DNA from: Octopus sinensis
Lineage: Eukaryota
Reading direction: 5' to 3'
Length of the DNA stretch: 64,000 nucleotides
Assembly (NCBI RefSeq): GCF_006345805.1
Contig: NC_042997.1
Coordinates: 115,320,001 to 115,384,000 of the forward strand
Shown here: positions 56,210-64,000 of the stretch, piece by piece
How the letters are laid out: the number at the start of each line of letters is the position of its first letter
Position numbering within the stretch: the first letter of the stretch is position 1
Program-made: the position numbers and the translations under genes
Notes under the pieces: model-generated
The model's database searches: none
What the model saw: the letters and a program-made list of their open reading frames with translations, nothing else
What the model was told of the DNA's origin: nothing

Positions 56210-57640
56210 TACGATAATGGATATGAAATATTCTTTTTAATTTTGGTACAAGGACAACAATTTTGAAGGAAGGGGAAGATGTGTAGATCAATCCCAATGC
56301 ACAACTGGAAGTTATTATTTGGAACTAGAATGAACGAAGGGTAAAGTCAACATCAGCGGAATTTGAACTCAGGACGGAAAACGGAGAAATATCGCTAAGT
56401 ATTTTGTCCCGCGCTCTAACGACTTTGCCAGGTTGCTGCCAGGTTGCTGCCTGAAGGACTTGTAAGATTGGTTTCAAATTTTGACAAAAGGCCAGCAAAT
56501 TTAAGGTGGTTGAGTCAGTCGATTACATGGACCCCAGTACTCGACTGGTGCCGCATTTTATCGTTCCCGAAAAGCTAAAAAGCAACGTCGACCTCGGTGG
56601 TATTTGAACGCAAACACAGACGAAATATTGCTAAGCATTTTCTCCGGCGTGCTAACCATTCTGCCAACTCACCGCCTTTCTTCTTTATCATAATATTACA
56701 TGTCCTTAAGGTGGCGAGCTGGCAGAATCGTTAGCAAGCAACTTTCGGGGTCGATAAAAATTAAGCACCAGTTACGCATTGGGGTCGATGTAATCGACTT
56801 AATCCCTTTGTCTGTGCTTGTTTGTCTCCTCTATGTTTAACCCCTTGTGGGCAATAAAGAAATAAGAACTGTTTGCGCGCCGCTTTCGGGATCGATTAAA
56901 GAAGTACCAGTTACGCACTGGGGTCGATGTAATCGATTTAATCCCTTTGTCTGTCCTTGTTTGTCCCCTCTATGTTTAGCTCCTTGTGGGCAATAAAGAA
57001 ATAAGAAGTGTTAGCGTGCCACTTTCGGGATCAATTAAATAAGTACCAGTTACGCAATGGGGTCGATGTAATCGACTTAATAACCCCTTCCCCCAAGTTT
57101 GAGGCCTTGTGCTTCCAGTAGAAAGAATCATTAGGACGCCGGACGAAATGCTTAGCGGTATTTCGTCCGACTTCACGTTCTGAGTTCAAATTCCGCCGAA
57201 GTCAACATTGCCTTTTATCCTTTCGGGGTCGATTAAATAAGTACCAGTTACGCACTGGGGTCTATATAATCGACTTAATCTGTTTGTCTGTCATTGTTTG
57301 TCCTCTGTGTTTAGCCCCTTGTGGGTAGTAAAGAAATAGGTATTTCGTCCGTCTTCACGTTCTGAGTTCAAATGCCGCCGAAGTCAACATTGCCTTTTAT
57401 CCTTTCGAGGTCCATTAAATAAGTACCAGTTATGTACTGGGGTCGATACAATCGACTTAATCCCTTCCCCCAAATTTGAGGCCTTGTGCTTCCAGTAGAA
57501 TTATTAGGTCGCCGGGCAAAATGCTTAGCGGTATTTCGTCTGCCGCTACGTTCTGAGTTCAAATTCCGCCGAAGTCGACATTGCCTCTCATCCTTTAGGG
57601 GTCGATAAAATAAGTAACCGTTACTTACTTCCTCTCCACG
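56210..57640. mobile_element. Dense array of family A SINE copies (one minus-strand copy followed by ~6 plus-strand partial copies)
   Basis: Repeated aagtaccagttacgcactggggtcgatgtaatcgacttaatcc. Confidence 0.8.
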
Positions 57641-57977
57641 AAACCAATGTTGAAACAGATTCATCATGATACTGTTTGGTGAGATTAGGCTTTCGAATCA
57701 CATGATGAACCCCCCCCCCACCGGTAAACTTCCACACATCCCTCAGTTACCCCTGTTTTTCCTTCACTGCAATACGATAGTAGTATGTCGTCGGTTGAAC
57801 GAACGTTTTTGTTAAATAAATATGTTTTTCTTTCTGTCACGCTATTTATGATTGTCAGTTCTGATCTTGATGTCATGACCCACAGGTCACCGGGTCAAAC
57901 CAACAAAACTTAAAAGACAACAAGGAGAAATTAACCAGATTAAACAGTTTTTACTTTGTTATATCACATTTATGAAG

Positions 57978-58300
57978 ACGCATGGCTTAGTGGTTAACGT
58001 ATTTGGATCATGAACGGAAGGTCATGAGTTCGATTCCGGGTGGTGCGTTGTGCCTTGAGCAAGACACTTTATTCTCCATTGCTCCAGTCCACTAAGCTGG
58101 CAAAGGTGAGTAATACCTGTAGTTCAAAGGGTCAGTCTTGTCACATTCTGTGTCATGCTGAATCTCACTGAGAACCTACATTAAAGGTACGCGGTCTCCG
58201 TTGTACTCAGCCACTTGCATGTTAATTTAACAATCAGACTCTTCTGTTGATCGGATCAACTGGAGTCGTTGTCACTCCGCGTCGTAACAGACGGAGGACC
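57978..58300 (+). mobile_element. Family D SINE
   Basis: Homologous to 190-515 (gagttcgattcc, ccttgagcaagacacttt, gatcggatcaactgg). Confidence 0.75.
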
Positions 58301-58479
58301 CGGTTTTATTATTTCATTTATTACTACATAGTTAATGTAGACTATTCTAAATTAATAATGATCTAGTTAAGTTTGTATTGGTATAATACATTACAATATA
58401 CTCATTTACACACTGCTGAAGAGAGTGCAAGTCAGGTGGTCAGGCCCTCTTGTTCGAATACCTGACACTCGGCTTCTCG

Positions 58480-58890
58480 AGTGGCTGTCTTACAGCGAAA
58501 TAACGGAAGGCTAGCACATGCAAGGTGGACAGGAAAGCACTTCAAGGAGATACTCAAAGCCTTACCGAAGAGCTTTGGCATCAACTTCAGCATATGGGAA
58601 ACGCAAGCGCAAGACCGACCAGCCTGGCGAAGCTACACCAACAGAAGTACCACCTTCTATGAACAGAACAAGATTGCACAACGCGAGTTACGTAAGTCCG
58701 GGGTTAACTACTCGCTTTCAGTTCCACCAGACCACCAGACCAGTCCCAAGAGACCGCCAATGCCCGACCTGCCGCAGAGCCTTCTAAGCGCACATCGGAC
58801 TGATTCGCCTGAGCCGGACACACCGTGCCCCGTCTTCTTCTCCCATGTAGTTTCCTTGGTCATCGTCGACAACGACGGACGAACTAATAA
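58480..58890 (+). pseudogene. RTE LINE 3' fragment
   Basis: KHFKEILKA..KSFGI....WETQAQDRPAWRS, followed in another frame by CPTCRRAF; ends gtcatcgtcgacaacgacggacgaac(taa). Confidence 0.75.
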
Positions 58891-59184
58891 TAAAATTATA
58901 ATTCATACAAGGGCAGTATAAAACAATTAAAAATAATTATGTGATAAGGAAAACAATTATTAGTCGGTTAATGATATTATTTTAATTATTTCGGCAAATT
59001 AGGAAGATAACTTCGGGAGATATTCTGGTCTTATTATTGCCTCATCAGTGAGGCATTTGACTTCACTGAATTTATCGCTATCTGAGAATCACTGAGTAGC
59101 TGAACAAGTTTGTGTATTGGATTGAAAAATTGTAGAATGAAATATTTAGAGACGCCATCGGCATAAAAGAAAAAAAAAAAAAAA

Positions 59185-59410
59185 AACTAGCTAAGACACT
59201 CATCGCATTTAACCTTAGGAAGTGAGACTATTAACGACAAAGGCAAAATGGAGAGACGGGCAAAACACTGCTCTGGACTTTATGCAAAACAGTATCTGAG
59301 TGCATCAGACGTTGTGAAATGGCAGCCTGTTGCGGCGAAACTGAATGCAGTATCGGTGGCTGAAGAGCTGAAAAGAGCCACGAACAGGTTTCACATTGGA
59401 AATACAGCGC
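59185..59410 (+). pseudogene. Decayed RTE pre-RT fragment
   Basis: GSETINDKGKMERRAKHCSGLY...AEELKRATNRFHIG resembles the RTE ITDK..QMERW.EHY..LY...EEL.KAI..L..GK segment. Confidence 0.45.
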
Positions 59411-59549
59411 GATTGTCTTTTATCTTTTATCTTTTATTTGTTTCAGTCATTAGACGGTGGCCAGGCTGGGGCACCACTTTGAAGAACTTTAGTTGAACGA
59501 ATGGCCTCAAGTACTGGTTTTTTAAAAGCCTGCTATTTATTTTATCAGT

Positions 59550-59860
59550 GGAGGCGCAATGGCCCAGTGGTTAGGGCAGCGGACTCGCGGTCGGAGGATT
59601 GCGGTGTCGATTCCCAGACCGGGTGTTGTGTGTGTTAATTGAGCGAAAACACCTAAAAGCTCCGCGAGGCTCTGGCAGGGGATTGTGGCGACCCCTGTTG
59701 TACTCTCTCGCCCCAATTTTCTCTCACTCTCGCTTCCTGTTTCTTGAGTAACGCTGCGATGGACTGGCGTCCCATCAAGTTGGGGGGGGGGGAACACATA
59801 CGCCACAGAAACCGGGAAACCGGGCCCATGAACCTGGCTAGGCTTGAAAAGGGTGCATAA
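59550..59860 (+). mobile_element. tRNA-derived SINE, family B
   Basis: ggaggcgcaatggcccagtggttagggcagcggactcgcggtc...tcgattcccagacc; near-identical copy at 62090-62365. Confidence 0.8.
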
Positions 59861-60039
59861 ATAAAAAATAAACTTATTTTATCGTTTTCTCTTGCCGAAC
59901 CACAAATTTTTTCCCATGTCGATCATACTCGTTTGCTAATCGGTGTTCTTGGTGGAGCAACATTGAATTCCACCTCCCCTCCATAAGTATGCAAGCAACA
60001 TTGAATGTCCCCCTTTTAAGATAGCAGAACATATTATAG

Positions 60040-60201
60040 GTGTAGGAATGTGTCGTAAGTAGCTCGCTTACCAGCCACATAGTTCCGGGTTCAGTCTCAC
60101 TGCGTGGCACCTTGGGCAGGTGTCTTCTACTTTAGCCTCGGGCCGACCAAAGCCATATGAGTGGATTTGGTAGACAGAAACTGAAAGAAGCCCGTTGTAT
60201 A

Positions 60202-60253
<52 letters not shown>

Positions 60254-60470
60254 CTGTGTGTGTGTATGTGTTTGTGTGTCTGTGTTTGTCCCCCCAACCG
60301 ATTGACAACCGATGCTGGTCTGTTTACGTTCCCGTAACTTAGAGGTTCGGCAAAAGAGACTGATGGAACAAGTACTAGGCTAACAAAGAATAAGTCCTGG
60401 GGTCGACTTGCTCGACTAAAGGCGGTGCTCCAGCATGGCCACAGTCACATGACTGAAACAAGTAAAAGAA
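60040..60470 (+). mobile_element. Complete family C composite SINE (head, internal TA/TG microsatellite, tail)
   Basis: Head, core, microsatellite and ctccagcatggccacagtc tail in order. Confidence 0.8.
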
Positions 60471-62089
60471 CTAAGTTTCGCTATTATTTCTAGCTAAAGA
60501 GAAATACCACATAGGAGTCATCACCATAAGCTGGTGGTTGATATTGTTGTTGCTGTTGTTATTGGTAGTGGTGGAGACAATAACGCAATCAACACCGAAT
60601 ACCGCGATATGTGTTGACATCGCAGGAACCACCATACACTTGTCACTTGATTATGATAGCCACGTAATGACACCAAGCATGTCACCAACGAACTATCAAC
60701 GAAGTCATTCGCAGTATCAGTCACTTCATTCTCTCTCCCCCACTCACTGACTTCCTCTCCTTCTTTTGTGTGTGTGTGAGTGTGTGTGTGTATGTGTGTA
60801 ATCAATGACACACACGTATATACATACCTGTGTATAGACACACGTTTTTGTTGGAAGTTTCTCGCTTTGTGCGGCACTTCAGATATCAAAACGATATGTA
60901 TGTATGTATGTATGTGTGTGTATGTGTGTGTGTATGTATGTATGTATGTATGTATGTATGTATGTATGTATGTATGTATGTATGTATGTATGTATGTGTG
61001 TGTGTATGTGTGTATGTATGTATGCATGTGTGTATGTATATATGTATGTGTGTGTATGTAAACATGCATGTCTGTATGTGTGTGTATGTGTATGTATATA
61101 TGTATGCATATATGTATGTATATATGTATGTATATATATATAATGCTTACTAATAGCACCAAAGCATCTTAATGGAACATGGCGAACTCATTACATAAAA
61201 TGTAGAGTAATGTATCTCTAATTTTAAAACGATGCGAGTTAATTTCTCGTGTAGGCTGCCGTTATCTTTGCAGTTTCGGCATCTAAAATATCGTATAAAT
61301 ATATTTTTTGTAAAAGCATTCTTCAAGCCTCCACTTCTAGCATAGCGATTAACTCAAGCCTCAGGAACTCTGAATTATATCATCTAATCGTAATATTGTG
61401 GTCGCTGGAGAATGTAAAAGAATTATAGTTGAAGAGAGGGGGAAAATAAAACGTGATTAAGGAAAATTAACCTCTATCAAGGGAAGAAGAGATAATATAG
61501 GACGGAAGAGAAAGTTTGATATAGGTAAAGGAAAGTTAATATAAAGAAACTGAATCATTGGAGGTAAGTTGAGAAAAGAGAGAAAGCAAAGAATGTCAGA
61601 CGCTAAGCATTACAGGTGGTGTAAATATATGTGCTTCTAGTGAACTGAAGGTGGTGTTTCTCCAGCTGTGTAACAAGTGCTTTTCAAAGTGTCTGTATTT
61701 CCCAGATATATCTGATTTAGTGTTTAAGCGAAAGTCTTGTTCATGACGGTTTACGAGGATTCATCTTGTTTACGTTGTACACAGAGCGTAGGAAAAATTA
61801 ATAGAAAGAAAAACAAAACGTATGTGACAGAAACCGTCGCAGAAAAAAGCCAAGAGAAAAGAATCACAAGGAAAGAAGTCACAAGAAAAATATTCTGCAA
61901 AAATCAAATAAATGAGCAATTTAATGTTTTTATTGCTTCATTTTTTAAATTCGAAATATTGATTAAAGCGAGATCTGATTTTCCATTTATGAATGCCTTT
62001 ATGTATAATCTGTAATCATCATATACAAGAGTTACATTGTTAATTAATAAACGACTTAAATTATTGATTTACATTTATTTATATATGCT

Positions 62090-62365
62090 ATTGAGCGGAC
62101 TCGCGGTCGGTGGATCGCGGTTTCGATTCCCAGACCGGGCGTTGTGTGTGTTTATTGAGCAAAAACACCTAAAAGCTCCACGAGGCTCTGGCAGGGGATG
62201 GTGGCGACCCCTGTTGTACTCTTTGGCCACAACTTTCTCTCACTCTCTCTTCCCGTTTCTTGAGTAACGCTGCGATGGACTGGCGTCCCGTCCAGCTGGG
62301 GAACATATACGCCACAGAAACCGGGAAACCGGGCCCATGAGCCTGGCTAGGCTTGAAAAGGGCGA
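62090..62365 (+). mobile_element. Family B SINE, 5'-truncated
   Basis: Matches 59575-59850. Confidence 0.8.
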
Positions 62366-63003
62366 AGTTTATCGTTTATATTTTATTGAAATGAAATGCG
62401 CTATTTTCTTGCGGCTTTCGCCCCCTAAATAATGCGAATTTTCTGTACATTTACCTTTTCCACAATCTATATTTCCGTTCATCGTTTCACAAACTATTTC
62501 GACCACAATTGCAGATCGGAAGAACAAACAAACGAGGTGGTTGCAAAAGCAGCAGTCCGATCAGATAGAAATAGCAGCAAAATTCTTTTCAAAATACCTC
62601 AACATCTTCAATAAAGAAAACCGTACTTTGGACGATCTAACACTGGATTAATATCTCAAATGTCTTTCTTTCAGCTTAAAATTATAAGAATTGCAATATA
62701 ACAAACGAAGCCAAAACATATTGGCGATAAGGCCATTAAATCGAAATCTGAGTGTATGTTGTTCCGAGTCTATGTATGTTATGTTGTTGCTTATTTATTC
62801 GCTGTTCTGCTCAACAAAACACTCGTTTGTATAGTGGAGAGTATTTACAAAATTGTCATTTATAAATGAATGGAGATTCAGATGTCTCTGGAGATCAACT
62901 AAATAGCGAATATGTTTATTGTAAAACTTCTTTGCAGAAGACACCATTTCACAACAATATGAAAAATACAGCGTACACATTTGAATAGCTATGGATGTGT
63001 GCG

Positions 63004-63041
<38 letters not shown>

Positions 63042-63698
63042 AGATAAGAAAATGGAGAAATACATCTAAATCAAATATCAATTACCAGATAATACTCAAT
63101 CACATACTTTATTAAACCACCACATAAGAGACTGTAGGGTTATATGTGTGTGTGTGTGTGTTATATGTGTGTGCATGTGTGTATGTGTGTATGTGTGTAT
63201 AGGTATGAATGTATATATATATATATGTCACACACACAGCCTACAAAACATATATATATATATATATACATACAAACACACACACATATATATACATACT
63301 TACATATATATATATGTGTATGTGTGTGTATATGTTTATGTGTCTGTGTTTGTCCCCCCAACATCGCTTGACAACCGATGCTGTGTGTTTACGTCCCCGT
63401 AATTTAGCGGTTCGGTAAAAGAGACCGATAGAATAATCCTGGGGTCGATTCGTTCGACTACATGCGGTGCTCCAACATGGCCACAGTATAATGACAGAAA
63501 CAAGTAAAAGAGTAAAGAGTAAAGAGTAATACATATATGTGTATATATGTATGCATATATATCTTCAGTGTATATTATCTCCGTGTGCGTATACGTATGT
63601 GTCGTTTGTGTGCATATACATATACATAAGCTCAAGGTATACATATCCTTCACGGCTTTATTCTCCTTCCACCTCGCTCTCTCTCTCTCTCCTCTCCC

Positions 63699-63731
<33 letters not shown>

Positions 63732-63856
63732 GCTCTTTCTCACAGATCAATTTTACTCTCGGATTTCTGGTTATTTCTTCCTCTCTTTTTCTGATTCTCC
63801 CTAATTCTTGTGCACACTTTCGTTTGTTTTATATACATCATTTCTTAAATACTCAA

Positions 63857-63931
<75 letters not shown>

Positions 63932-64000
63932 CCTGGGCCAATAATGGCCGAAACCTATCAAAGTATCAAAGTATATATATATATACATACACGTGTGTAT

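Noticed and set aside
58398-58470. CTGAAGA followed by a GAGTG...TCAGGT/ACCTGA...CACTC hairpin
   Set aside because: No GAAA or stem III follows, so it cannot be called a hammerhead
59550-59625. tRNA-like heads (also 190-260 and other SINE heads)
   Set aside because: They continue into SINE bodies and lack a complete cloverleaf, so they are not tRNA genes

Overview
AT-rich eukaryotic genomic DNA dense in microsatellites and retroelements. The SINE families and (TA)n/(TAA)n landscape look like an Octopus genome; this assignment comes from recognising the repeat types, not from a search. There is one convincing host coding region: an uninterrupted 491-aa multi-pass membrane protein ORF (22604-24079) with an LEDIPQ motif. 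Everything else recognisable is mobile DNA: a young 5'-truncated RTE LINE with a long repetitive 3' UTR, a Dong/R4-type RLE retrotransposon in a TAA tract, decayed Penelope-like elements, mariner and Tigger transposons, two Helitron derivatives, three MITEs and many tRNA-derived SINEs. The most notable unexplained structure is a set of minimal type-I hammerhead ribozyme motifs in small elements inserted in (TA)n tracts. These include a 361-bp tandem unit with an inverted copy (retrozyme/circRNA-like, 2266-3077) and a 134-bp palindrome encoding a hammerhead on each strand (6071-6204). SINE and other repeat boundaries are approximate. All RNA folds were read by eye.
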